Below are positions 32,256 through 45,900 of a stretch of DNA of 64,000 bases, piece by piece. The DNA is from Paraspadella gotoi (taxonomy: Eukaryota > Animalia > Chaetognatha). The translations under genes were made by a program, and so were the position numbers. The stretch is taken from assembly GCA_051294375.1 (NCBI GenBank), contig CM119270.1, forward strand, positions 13,222,741 to 13,286,740, read 5' to 3'. Every line of letters starts with the position of its first letter. Position 1 is the stretch's first letter. The notes under the pieces were generated by a model. The model ran no database searches and was not told where the DNA came from. It saw nothing but the letters and a program-made list of their open reading frames with translations.

Positions 32256-34663
32256 ACTTTAATTAATTAATTAATTAACTAATTAATTAATTAATTAACT
32301 AATTAATTAATTAATTAAAACATTTATGAGTAAGCAAAGTGGATTATAGAGTCGGGATCTGCCGATAAGCAGACCCGACTAAAAAAATTAAACTTTTTAA
32401 TGAGTTTGTTCTTCGAGCACGAGAGTTTTTCTGAAAGCTAAGGTCCCGTTTATGTCTAATACTTATTCGAAGTATGAATACAATTTTGTATCAATATTAC
32501 ACAATAATATCAATATTTAAGCCTATAAGTGTTATTTTTCCATATCTTTCCCTTCGTTTTCCTCTTTTGCCCAAAAAGAACCAAACGGATTTTTTTCCTT
32601 TCTATTTTTAGCCCGACAATCCTCCCGATCCTCCGGCCTATCCTCCGGCCTATCCTCCGGCCTATCCTCCGGCGTATCTCGGCCCCATCCTCCTGACAGA
32701 TCCTCGAACCGTCCGTCGCGACCGCCTTGCATTTTCCCTTTAGTCGACGCTTCTCTTCCTCACATTCCCAAACCACCGTCCTTGTTGTTGTTATTGTCGT
32801 CGGCTTCTAGATGTTTTACTTTTTACCGACTTTATATTTCCTTCCGTAAACAAAAAAAAAATAAACAAAACAAACAAAAACACTAGTCGTTTTGTATGTG
32901 TCTTATAAAACGAAATAACGTTTCAGACTAAATTAACTTACTCGTCGTTTAAACTAAAAAAAAAAGTAAGTCATCCATTTGTTAAATTTCGACCTTCAAT
33001 AAAAAAAAGTCATCGGGTGATTAGAAATCGATGCTTGACGGAATTTCCGATGTCCATAAAAGTCACTCTCTCTCTCTCCGTCTCACCGTCGCAACTCTAC
33101 CCCACTCACTCTCTCTCACCCTCTCTTTCACTCTCAGCCTCTCTCACTTTTTTCTCCCTCACCATCTCGCTCTGCCTCTGCACAAAACGTTTTTTTCGCA
33201 TCTTCGATTCTTACGAACAAAAACGACGAATCGACGAAACTTTTAATTTCGATTTAGCGAACGAATTCTTCTTTCTCCAGCTTGTAACGAATTACAAAAT
33301 TGACTCGGATTTAACGGAAATAAACAAAGGAACAATCGATCTCTTCGACGTCTCTTTCCGTGCCCCCTAGAGAGAGATAGAGAGAAAAAACAAAAAAGCA
33401 ACGAATCTATTGAATAAATAGAATTAGATTTTCCCGCCTTTTTTGTCAGTAGTTCACAACAACTCACACCTTTTCTTCCTCCGCGAAGGATCCTGATTGA
33501 GACCAGCAGCGCCCATGATTCACACTTCGCACTAGAAAGAAGCTTGTGACGTAGAGAAGAATATACACGGTGTCATGTAGTGATAAAATCGATTTGTCAT
33601 TTACTGATAAAGCGATATGACATGTAGGAAAAAAAATTCAAAACGATAACGAAAGATATGTTATTTAATAAAGAAACTTGACATTAGATGAATTTACACG
33701 ACACACGAAACGTAAAGTTCGCATGACACACATTTTTTCGGCGCAACATCTTTTCACAAAAATAAAAAGAGATTTCCACTCCACAGTTTTTTTTGTTTTC
33801 CGAAATTAATTTTTTTTTTGCGGGGGATTAAAAAGCAAAAAAAAAAAAACAAAAACAAAAACAAAAACAAAAAACCAAAAAAATCCCTGTAGAATTCCGC
33901 TCTATTCGTCCATTTTTTCGAATTTATCTTCCCTTTTTTCTTCCATTTTTTCTCTTTACACACGGACTATTCCCTCTCCTTCTCGGCTTCGCTAACAAAA
34001 AAAAAAAAAAAGAAAACTTATTCAAAAAGAAACAAAATAAACAAAACGCTTTTTAAAAAAAACCAAAAAACCCGTCTCTGTGCGCGTGTTTTCTCGAGAG
34101 CTTCCAGTCAGTCACGTGTAATCCAGTGTCTTTCCGTCGCACGTCATTTTCTCTTCTTCTTTCACCGAAAAACAAAAAACAAAACGACAACCAAAAAAAA
34201 AAAAAGTTTTTTTTCTACTTTTCGTCCAATTTGATTTTTTTTCTTGACCTTACGCAACGTTAAACGTTCGTCCAGTACATTAAATGTTTAGTCGGACTGT
34301 AGAAATATAAAACTGTTTTAAAAGTAAAAAGAATAACGTCATACATTCGGAAAATATCAAGTTTGTTATTTTTTTATTGCACACAAATCTTGCGAAAAAT
34401 GATTTCATGACTTAAAATGTTTCTTGGAAAGCCCGTCGTCAATATTAGGCATATTTTCGTAAGACAAATTAAATAATCTACGCTTAAAAAAATACAAATT
34501 GCGAAGTTTAAAACAAACTTCGCGTGTGATTAGATATTTAAAATATTTGATTAATAAAACCAATAAACAAAAGTCATCATGCGCAGTGCTGGGGTGGTCT
34601 CGCGCGTTTGTAAGCCCCCACCCGCTCACCTTACGCCCGCCTCGTCCGGCAAGAACAGGAAAG

Positions 34664-34722
<59 letters not shown>

Positions 34723-34914
34723 ATAACGACCAAGTCTTAGACTATTAGCTACATTCCTTATTCAAATTTTGGTTCTTACTGGTTCTGACAAAAAAGAAGA
34801 AAAAAACCTGAATGGGGTAATAAGTCTGGCTCTTTGTGTTTTCACAAAAATACTTTATTGAAATAAATAACAATAAAAGAAATTTAAAAGTTTTGAATAT
34901 TTTTTTTATTTCAG

Positions 34915-34970
34915 ACCGCCGTCGCCAAGGGATAAGTCTCCTGGACAACTAAATCACCTTACCTCGTCAG
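34915..34970 (+). CDS. Candidate 56-nt internal exon (..PPSPRDKSPGQLNHLTSS..), product unknown
   Basis: Acceptor tattttttttatttcAG| and consensus donor CAG|GTAAGT flank a more GC-rich island that is open in the phase 2 in / phase 1 out frame. Confidence 0.5.
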
Positions 34971-35523
34971 GTAAGTAATTGGGAATTTTGTGATCATACT
35001 TAACAATCACGCAACGCAAACTTCATCCTCCACCACGCTTGTCATTTCACATTACTCATTCTTCAATAAAAACAATCTATGTCACTCCTTTGGTTTCATT
35101 TGGTTAAAATTTAACGAATTTTACAAAAAAAAAAAGGTTCTTGTTTGATCAATTTGAATCGAATATTCTCACGCGCAACGTACCGTCGAATTCAACACTC
35201 CAGTCATTTTTCGTATCGACAATTGACAGATATTGCTCCCGAGTTCATTATTCCTATCAAATTCACAGCTCTGGCTTACGATGGTCCATCAGGAATTAAT
35301 CACTCCGGTCAAATTCATCACTCCTATTTACCATAATCCATTACCAGATTCCGGTCTCTCTCGTTGCCAACCGGATCGTCTCGGCTTTTTTTTTTCCTTC
35401 CAGCAAAAAATAATATCAAGAGAAAAAAAAATGATTAAAGAAAAAGAAGAAAATTAGGGAAAGAGAGAGATGATAAAAAAAAAAAAATTGAGAGGGAAAA
35501 AATGAATAAAAATGAAAAGACAA

Positions 35524-35602
<79 letters not shown>

Positions 35603-35917
35603 AGAAAGATAATTTTTTTTTGTTTTAAATTAAAACAAAAAAGAGAAACAAAGTTATTTGCGACGCTATTTTATATCCGTTAGATGATAAAACACAGATT
35701 TTTACTCGACCAAATGTGACGCGCGTTAAATCCCCAGAGATTTTTTTTTCGTCGAAAATTAAGGAACCAGCGCCATAAATCTTTGGAACGGACGCCTACG
35801 CATCTGAAAGCCAGAAACTCCCGACGCCAGAAATTGAGATCTTTTCCCGAGATTCCATTACCCAATTTGTCGGACGAAGAGGCAGACGTCAAATAGACCG
35901 GGAAAATTGACGGAGAT

Positions 35918-36450
35918 GGAAATTGACGGAATGAGAGGTGGACGCTGAGGTTTTGGTGGAAATAGTAGACAGAATGAGCGGTGGACGTTGAGGTTTTGGC
36001 GGAAATTGACGGAATGAGTGGTGGACGTTGAGGTTTTGGTGGAAATAGTAGACATAATGAGCGGTGGATGTTGAGGTTTTGGTGGAAATTGACGGAATGA
36101 GCGGTGGACGCTGAGGTTTTGGCGGAAATTGACGGAATGAGCGGTGGACGTTGAGGTTTTTTGTCGAATCTGACGAAATGAGTGATTCACTTGGAGGTTT
36201 TTGTAGAATTTGATGGAACGATTAGTGGCTATATAGGTTTTTATGGAAAATGATGAAATGAGTAGTTGATGTTAAGTTTTTCATGGAAAGTGACTTGAAA
36301 ATGACTAAATGAGAATTGAACCTTGAGGTTTTGATGAAAACTATGTAGTAGGTGGAAACAAACGGAATTAGTTGTAGACGTTGAGGTTGAGATTGAGGTT
36401 TTAGTGGAAATTGACGGAATGAGGATTGGACGCTGAGGATTTTATGGAAA
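35918..36450 (+). repeat. 40/43-bp minisatellite (ggaaattgacggaatgagcggtggacgttgaggttttggt)
   Basis: Units start at 35918, 35958, 36001, 36041, 36084 and 36124, then decay; mirrored at ~40985-41630. Confidence 0.92.
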
Positions 36451-37156
36451 TTGTGTTTGTTGATGGCGTCATGCTGCCCATCCTCTCCCGCTGCGCCTTT
36501 CGTTCTTAATTGAAGACAAACTTTGTGTTTATAAACATGCGCTGATTAGCATTTGGATTAAAGGGCGCTCTCGTTCTGTCATGCTGCCACTAATTATTTA
36601 CCAGTCTTGGAATATTAATTAGGCTGGAACTTTCAAGCTTTAATTTTGGGTGAAAATTCCCTGTCGTCTAATAAAAATTTTAATTTTTTTGGATTTGGGA
36701 TTGCAGCTGAAAGCAACATTAAGTTTAAACTATTGTTATGCTAAATACAGCCTAATTGCATTCTTTGAAAAGACTTTCTCTCTCTCTCTCTTCTCTCGCT
36801 CTTCTCTCTCTCTCTTCTCTCTTCTCTCTCTCTCTCTTTCCTCTCTTAAAAAATTACAACGTGCTACTTCTCTGTTTTCCCTCACTTTCTCTCTTCTTCA
36901 CAAAGGAAGCCGCCCCCCGTCTCTCTCCCTCCGTTTCTCCTCTGCTTTGTTGACGCAGAACTGGGAGTTCCAATACTTTGTTAGTTAGTCCCTCGCACCT
37001 CCGGAGAACTCTTCAGTCTTGTTACCAAACCTCATGAATTTTAACCGTCGCTTTTCCTCCTCTGGGGTCCTCTTTCTCTCTCTCTCTCNNNNNNNNNNNN
37101 NNNNNNNNNNNNNNNNNNNNNNNNNNNNNNNNNNNNNNNNNNNNNNNNNNNNNNNN

Positions 37157-37213
<57 letters not shown>

Positions 37214-37703
37214 TCTCCAGCTTTCTCATTTTCTTTCCTTTTTTTAACGCAAAAGAAAAAAAAAAACTGTTCTGGTTTTATAGTCATTTAAATGAAACGC
37301 CTCGAATTCTCTTCGAGTCGTTTTTGTGTGTGTGTGCGCGCGCGCGTCTGTGTGTGTGAATAGATTACGCGGTCGTTTGTCCGGGTTAGTTATATTTGAT
37401 GGGGGAATCGTAAGATTTTAATGAAAATCTCCAAAAGAATTTCCTCCAAAGGGAAATTTTCTTTCTATTCTTCGTTTTTTATTTCTTTATTTCAAGTTCT
37501 GGGTTTAATGTCTTTGTCTCCTTTCTTGCCTTTAACAACAACAACTTAAACAACAACTTAAACAACAACTTAAACAACAACTTAAACGCCTCTCCGGCAT
37601 CAGCTCAATCCAATTCCATTCAAGCCGCACAAGTATATTTCTCGACCTCTTATGAATTCGTTTGTTGTCCCCGGCAGTATCTTTGTTACTCCGGCTCTTT
37701 CAG

Positions 37704-38016
37704 TTTTAGGCGTAAATAGCAAACAAAAGCAATTCCATACACTTTCGAGTATCGAGGTCCAATTCACCAGTCGTCATGGCAACGGTCGCAGTCCCCGATT
37801 GTAAACGCCCTCTCCTCCTCCCTCGCACCCGCCCCTTCAGGCCAGGCGGGCAGCGGAGCCCCGTCTTCAGTTGCTTACTCCATGGAAGATCTGGACATCA
37901 TACAAATCGTCAACGCGACGCCTGCCGTCTTAGGCTGGAGTCAAACCTCATACAGTTTGCCTGTGGAAAGGCACCCCAGGGAAGCCCTTTCGGAATTAAA
38001 GATCACACCTTTCAAG
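37704..38016 (+). CDS. Candidate coding exon, frameshifted by sequence errors; product unknown
   Basis: Acceptor ctctttcAG| (phase 1). Combining both palindrome copies gives ..HTLSSIEVQFTSRHGNGGSPDCTPSPPSLPPRPFRPRRQREPPSSVAYSMEDLDIIQIVNATPAVLGWSQTSYSLPVERHPREALSELKITPFK. Donor AAG|GTTAAG at 38016, or an in-frame alternative TG|GTAAGT at 38131. High-complexity sequence. Confidence 0.45.
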
Positions 38017-38638
38017 GTTAAGTCCAAGGGGGGTGGGGGGGGGGAGAGAAATCGGCGGGGTGTGGGGGGGTTGGGAATGGATTGCGGGAACGAGGTTGAA
38101 GGGGGGGGGGGGTTGAGAAATAGTGAGAGTGGTAAGTATCTTGGGGTGACGGATTACATCGTGATTATCGGTTGAGTTGTGGCATTGTCTTTTACAATAA
38201 TTTTAAATTTAGGGCTTTTATCGTGAGATTGCATTAATTATCATTATTATTATTTTCTGAAATTTACTTTCTTCTTCCGAGAGTTTTCTTTCAGAACAGT
38301 CTTTCACTTTCAAATTTGTGACAAATAAAAAAAAAAGAGATTTTCTATCTCGTTATTGAAAATTCCATCTCTGCAGTTACTCCCGGCGTTGTCAAATTCC
38401 TTACGTTTTAACGGCTTCCAACTCGCTTTAAAGTATTCACCATGTATTCCGTGTAGCAATATACCGTGCAGCATTGACTCCCGCCAAAATAAAAACTCCA
38501 CCTCCGACTTTTTCGATCCTTTTCTTTCTTCTCCTCAGCAAGTCGCCTGGCGTTTGATTGCTCCGTTGATTTCTTCACTGATTTTCTTCATTTCCTCTTC
38601 GATCACGCGTGAGATGATTTCTAAGTGATGGCGGAAGT

Positions 38639-38699
<61 letters not shown>

Positions 38700-38704
38700 C
38701 TCTC

Positions 38705-41700
38705 CTTCCGCCATCACTTAGAAATCATTTCTCACGCGTGATCGAAGAGGAAATGAAGAAAAATCAAGTGAAGGAAATCAACGGAGCAATCAAAACGCCA
38801 GGCGACTGCGGAGGAGGAAGAAAGAAAAAGAGCGAAAAAGTCGGGAAGGTGGAGTTTTTTATTTTGGCGGGAGTCCAATTGCTGCACGGTATATTTGCTA
38901 CACGTAATACCATGCGTGAATACTTTAAAGCGAGTTGGAAGCCGTTAAAACGTAAGGAATTTGAACAACGCCGGGCGTAACTGCAGAGATGGAATTTTCA
39001 ATAACGAGATAGAGGAATCTCTTTTTTTTTATTTTGTCACAAATTTGAATGTGAAAAGACTTGTTCTGAAAGAAAACTCTCGGAAGAAGAAAGTAAATTT
39101 CAGAAAATAATAATAATGATAATTAATGCAATCTCACGATAAAAGCCCTAAATTTAAAATTATTGTAAAAGACAATGCCACAACTCAACCGATAATCACG
39201 ATGTAATCCGTCACCCCAAGATACTTACCACTCTCACTATTTCTCAACCCCCCCCCCCCTTCAACCTCGTTCCCGCAATCCATTCCCAACCCCCCCACAC
39301 CCCGCCGATTTCTCTCCCCCCCCCCACCCCCCTTGGACTTAACCTTGAAAGGTGTGATCTTTAATTCCGAAAGGGCTTCCCTGGGGTGCCTTTCCACAGG
39401 CAAACTGTATGAGGTTTGACTCCAGCCTAAGACGGCAGGCGTCGCGTTGACGATTTGTATTGATGTCCAGATCTTCCATGGATAAAGCAAACTGAAGACG
39501 GGGGCTCCCGCTGCCGCCTTGGCCTGAAGGGGCGCGGTGGGAGGGACGGAGGAGAGGGGGTACAATCGGGACTGCCGCCGTTGCCATGACGACTGGTGAA
39601 TTGGACCTCGATACTCGAAAAGTGTATGGAATTGCTTTTTGTTTGCTATACGCCTAAAACTAGTAACAAAGATACTGCCGGGGACAACAAACGATCATAA
39701 GAGGTATTCCGAGAGAAATATACTTGTGCGGCTTGAATGAATTGGATTGAGCTGATGCCGGAGAGGCGTTTAAGTTTGTTTAAGTTGTTGTTTAAGTTGT
39801 TGTTGTTGAAGGCAAGATAAGGAGACAAAGGACATTAAAACCCAGAAACTTGAAATAAAAGAAATAAAAAAAACGAGAAAGAAAGGAAAATTTCCCTTTG
39901 GAGAAATTCTTTTGGGAGATTTTCTTAAAATCTTACGATTTCCCCATCAAATATAACTAACCCGGACAAACGGACCGTAATCTATTCACACCACCCACAG
40001 GACGCCGCGCGCGCACACACACACACACGCCACCAAAACGAATCAATGATGCAAACGACCATAGTGGAACATCATTACTTTTGGAAAAAAAAAAACGACC
40101 TCGAAGAGGAATTCGAGGCGTTTCATTTAAATGACTATAAAACCAGAACAGTTTTTTTTTTTCTTTTGCGTTAAAAAAGGAAAGAAAATTCGAGAAGCTG
40201 GAGACAGAGGAGATGAGAGAGAGAGAGAAGAGATGAGAGAGAGAGAGAGAAGAGGAAGAGAACTGAAAAGAGAGAGGAGAGAGAAAGTGGACCCCAGAGG
40301 AGGAAAAGCGACGGTTTAAAATTTCATGAGGTTTTGGGTAACAAGACTAAAAGAGTTCTCCGGAGGTGCGAGGACATAAACTAAACAAAGTATTGGAACT
40401 CCCGGTTTTGCGTCAACAAAGCATGAGGAGAAAACGGAGGGAGAGAGATGCGGAGGCTTCCTTTGTGAAGGAAGAGAGAAAGTGAGGGGAAAACAGAGAA
40501 GTAGCACCGTGTAATTTTTAAGAGAGGAAAGAGAGAAGAGAGAGAAAGAGAAGAGAGAGAGAGAGACAGAGGAGAGAGAGAGAGAGAGGGACGAGAGAGA
40601 GAGAGAGAGAGAGAGAGGAGACGAGGAGAGAGAAGAGAGAATCTTTTCAAAGAATGCAATTTAGGGCTGTATTTAGCATAACCATAGTTTAAACTTAATG
40701 TTGCTTTTCAGCTTGCAATTCCCAAATCCAAAAAAAATTTTAAAATTTTTTTATTTAGACGACGGGAATTTTCAACCCAAAATTAAAGCTTGAAAGTTTC
40801 CAGCCTAATTAAATATTCCAAGACTGTCGTAAATAATTATTGGCAGCTTGACATTATAGAGAGCGCCCTTTAATCCAAATGCTAATCAGAGCATGTTTAT
40901 AAACACAAAGTTTTGTCTTCAATAAAGAACGAAAGGCGGCAGCGGAGAGAGGCATGTGCAGATGACGCCATCAAACAAACACCCAATTTCCATAAAATCC
41001 TCAGCGTCCAAATCCCATTCGTCAATTTCCATTAAAACCTCAATCCTTCAACCTCAAACGTCTACAACTATTCCGTTTGTTTCAACCTACTACATTAGTT
41101 AGTTTTCATCAAAACCTCCAAGGTTTCAAATCTTCATTTAGTCATTTTCAAGTTTCATTCCATTGAAAAACTTAACATCAACTACTCATTTCATCATTTT
41201 CCATAAAAAAACTATATAGCCACTAATCGTTCCATCAAATTCTACAAAAACCTTCCAAGTGCAATCACTCATTTCGTCAGATTCGACAAAAAACCTCAAC
41301 GTCCACCGCTCATTCCGTCAATTTCCGCCAAACCTCAGCGCGTCCACCGCTCATTCCGTCAATTTCCACCAAAACCCTCACGCGTCCACCGCTCATTATG
41401 TCTACGTATTTCCACCAAAACCTCACGTCCACCACTTCATTCCGTCAATTTGTCCGCCAAAACTTCAAGTCCCCGCTCATTTATGTCTTACTATTTCCAC
41501 CAAAACCTCAACGGTCCACCACTCATTCCGTCAATTTCCGGCCAAAAACCTCAACGTCCACCGGCTCATTTCTGTCTACTATTTCCACCAAAAACCTCAG
41601 CGTCTCCACCTCTCATTCCGTTCAATTTCCATCTCCTGTCAATTTTTCCCGGTCTATTTGCGGTCTGCCTCTTCGGTCCACAAATTGGGGTAATGGAAAT

Positions 41701-42851
41701 CTCGGAAAGGATCTCAATTTTCGGACGTCGGGAAGTTCTGGCTTTTAGATGCGTAGGCGTCCGTTCAAAGATTTATGGCACTGGTTCCTTAATTTTTCGA
41801 CGAAAAAAAAAATCTCTGGGGATTTAACGCGCGGTCACATTTGGTCGAGTAAAAAAAAAAAAAAATCTGTGTTTTATCTTTCTTAACGGAATATAAAATA
41901 GAGTCGCAAATAACTTTTTTTCTCTTTTTGTTTTAAGTATTTTTTTTAATTTAAAACCCCAAAAAATTATCTTCTCATCCTTCTCTTCTCTCTCTCTCTC
42001 TCTCTCTTCTCTCTCTTCTCTCTCTTCTTCTCTCTCTCTTCCTCTCTCTCTCTCTTCTCTTCTCTCGTTTTGTCTTTTTCATTTTTATTCATTTTTTTCC
42101 CTCTCAATTTCTTTTTTTTACATCTTCTCTCTTTCCTCCATTTTCGATCTTTTCTTAATCTTTTTTTTCTCTTGATATTATTTTTTTGCTGGAAGGAAAA
42201 AAAAAAGCCGAGACGATCCTGTTGCAACGAAAGAGACCGGAATCTGGGTATGGATTATTGGGTAAATTAGGAGGTTGATGAATTTGACCGGAGTGATCAA
42301 TTCCTGACTGACCATCGTAAGCCAGAGCTGTGGAATTTGATAGGAATAATGAACTCGGGAGCCAATTATCTGTAAAATTGTCGATACGAAAAAATACTGG
42401 AGTGTTTGAATTCGACGGTACGTCGCGCGTCCGAAGTGTAATTTCAGAGAGATATGAGAATATTCGATTCAAATTTCATCAAACAAGAACCTTTTTTTTT
42501 TGGAAGGAATTGAGTAATGGTGAAATGACAAGCTGGTTGGGGATGAAGTTTGCGTTGCGTAATTTGTTAAGTATGATCAAAAAATTCACAATTACTTTAC
42601 CTGACGAGGTAAGGTGATTTAGTTGTCCAGGAGACTTATCCCTTGGCGACGGCGGTCTGGAAATAAAAAAATATTTCAAAACTTTTAAATTTCTTTTATT
42701 GTTATTTATTTTTAAAATAAAGTATTTTGTGGAAAACACAAAGAAACCAGACTTATTACCCCATTCAGGTTTTTCTTCTTTTTTGCAGACCAGTAAGAAA
42801 CCAAAATTTGATAAGCGAATTGTAGCTCAATAGTCTAAGACTGTCGTTATT

Positions 42852-42932
<81 letters not shown>

Positions 42933-45900
42933 CACTTTCCTGTTTCTTGCCGGAACGAGGCGGGCGTAAGGTGAGCGGGTGGGAGGCTTACAAACGCGCG
43001 AGACCACCCAGCAACTGCCGCATTTGATGACTTTGTTTATTGGTTTTATTAATCAAATTATTTTAAATTTATCTAATCACACGGCGAAGTTTGTTTTAAA
43101 CTTCGCAATTTGTATTTTTTTAATCGTAGATTATTTTAATTTGGTTCTTACGAAAATTATGCCTTAATATTGACGACGGGCTTTTCCAAGAAACATTTTA
43201 AGTCATGTGAAATCATTTTTTCGCAAGATTTGTGTGCAATAAAAAAATAACAAACTTGATATTTTCCGAATGTATGACGTTATTCTTTTTACTTTTTAAA
43301 ACAGTTTTATATTTCTACAGTCCGACTAAAACATTTAATGTACTGGACGAAACGTTTAACGTTTGCGTAAGGTCAAGAAAAAAAATCAAATTTGGACGAA
43401 ATAGAAAAAAACTTTTTTTTTTTTGGTTTGTTTCGTTTTTGTTTTTTTGTTTCGTAAAGAAAGAAGAGAAAAATGACGTTTTGCGACGGGAAAGACACTT
43501 GGATTACACGTGACTGACTGAATGTCTCGAGAAAACCACGCGCACAGAGACGGGTTTGGTTTTTTTTAAAAGCGTACGTTTTTGTTTATTTTGTTTCTTA
43601 TTGAATAAGTTTTCTTTTTTTTTTTTTGTTAGCGGAAGCGAAGGAAGGAGAGGGACTAGTCCGTGTGTAAAGAGAAAAAATGGAAGAAAAAAGGAAGATA
43701 AATTCGAAAAAAATGACGAATAGAGCGGAATTTCTACCAGGGGATTTTTTGGTTTTTGTTTTTTGTTTTTTGTTTTTGTTTTTTTTTTTTTTTTGCTTGT
43801 TAATCCCTCCGCCAAAAAAAAAAATTAATTTCGGAAAACCAAAAAAAACTTGTTGGAGTGGAAATCTCTTTTTATTTTTGTGAAAAGATGTGGCGCCGAA
43901 AAAATGTGTGTCATGCGAACTTTACGTTTAAGGTGTGGTCGTGTAAATTTCATCTAATTGTCAGTTTCTTTATTAAATAACATATCTTTCGTTATCGTTT
44001 TGAATTTTTTCCCTACATGTTATATCGCGTTATCAGTAAATGACAAATCGATTTTATCACTACATGGAACACCGTGTATATTCTTCTCTACGTCACAGCT
44101 TCTCTAGTGCGAAGTGTGAATCATTCGGGGCGCTGCTGGTTCTCAATCAGGATCCTTCGCGGGAGGAAGAAAAGGTTGTGAGTTGTTGTGAACTACTTGA
44201 CAAAAAAAGGCGGGGAAAATCTAATCTATTTATTTCAATAGATTCGTTGCTTTTTTGTTTTCTCTTCTATCTCTCTTCTAGAGGGCACGGAAAGAGACGT
44301 CGAAGAGATCGATTTTCCTTTGTTTTATTTCCGGTTAATCCGGATGTCAATTTTGTAAATTCGTTACAAGCTGGAGAAGAAGAATTTTCTCGTCCAGTAA
44401 TCGAGAAAAATATAAGAAGATTATCGATAAATCGCCATTCTACGCTCGTTGTATTTCGTAAGACAGACGATGCGAAAAAAAAGTTGTTGCAGAGCAGAGC
44501 GATGAGGTGAGGAGAAAAAAGTGATGAGAGGCTGAGGAGTGTAAGAGAGGGTGAGAGAGACGTGAGTGGGTGGGGTAGAGTTTTGCGACGGTGAGACGGA
44601 GAGAGAGAGGGAGTGACTTTTTATGGACATTCGGAAATTCCGTTCAAGCATCGATTTCAATCACCCGGTGGACTTTTTTTTATTTGAAGGTCGAAATTAA
44701 CAAAATGGATGACTTACTTTTTTTTTAGTTTAAACGACGGAGTAAAGTTAATTTTAGGTCTGAAAAACGTTATTTCGTTTTATAAGACACATGACAAACG
44801 ACTAGTGTTTTTGGTTTGTTTTGTTTTTATTTTTTTTTTTGTTTACGAAGGAAATATAAAGTCGGTAAAAAGTAAAACATCTAGAAGCCGACGAACAATA
44901 AACAACAACAAGGACGGATGGTTTGGGGAATGTGAGGAAAGAGGGAAGCGTCGACTAAAGGCGAAAATGCAAGGCGGTCGCGACGGGACGGTTCGAGATC
45001 TGTCAGGAGGATTGGGGGCGAGATACGCCGGAGGATAGGCCGGAGGATAGCCGGAGGATAGGACCGGAGGATCGGGAGGATTGTCGGGCTTAAAAAATAG
45101 AAAGGAAAAAAATCCGTTTGGTTTCCTTTTTTTTGGGCAATAAGAGGGAAAACGAAGGAAAGAATATGAAAAATAACAACTTATAGGCTTAAATTATTGA
45201 TATTATTGTGTAATATGATGACAAAATTGCTATTCATACTTCGAATAAGTTATTAGACATAAACGGGACCTTAGCTTTCAGAAAAACTCTCGGTGTCGAA
45301 GAACAAAAACTTCATTAAAAAAAGTTTTAATTTTTTTAGTCGGGTCTGCTTATCGGCAGATCCCGACTCTATAATCCACTTTGCCTTACTCATAAATGTT
45401 TAAATATTAATAATTAATTAGTTAATTTAATTAAATTAATTAGTTAATTAATTAATTAATTAAAGAAAAAATGGATTGGCAATTTGAAAAAATAATGCAA
45501 GTTAAAAAAATTGATGCAAATTGAAAAAATTATGCAAGTTGAAAAAAAATGAGTGCGAGTTTTGAAAAAATGATGCGAGTGAAAAAAAGATGTAGTTGGA
45601 AAAAAATGATGCAAGTTTGAAAAAGTTTATACAATGTTAGAAAAATAATTTGTACTTTTATTTTTGTAATTTATTTCAGTTAAAATCCCTTACAAGCGAT
45701 TTGCATGTATTAGCGCAGACACTGGTTTGGTATGGTATGGAACGATCAGTTATCATCAGTGAGGATCACAAATTGAAAGAATTTCTCGTGATTTATCATC
45801 TGATTAGCTGATCGCCGCGTAATTATCGTCTTACGCCTTAACAGGCAGATCCGACATTGTTTTGCTCAAACTTGTTTTAACGTGCGACATCTTGTTCCTC

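Larger units (their letters stand above)
29278..38637 (+). repeat. Left arm of ~19.5 kb palindrome 3
   Basis: gataatattgttttgactcaattgaatattttt (~29298) mirrored at ~48740-48771; ctaagtgatggcggaag (38621-38637) mirrored from 38705. Confidence 0.96.

Noticed and set aside
35918-36450. CRISPR array
   Set aside because: Units are contiguous tandem repeats with no unique spacers.
39339-39587. 82-aa ORF MATAAVP... as an independent second gene
   Set aside because: Mirror copy of the 37.7-38.0 kb exon in the probably artefactual arm; its frame depends on indels that differ between arms.
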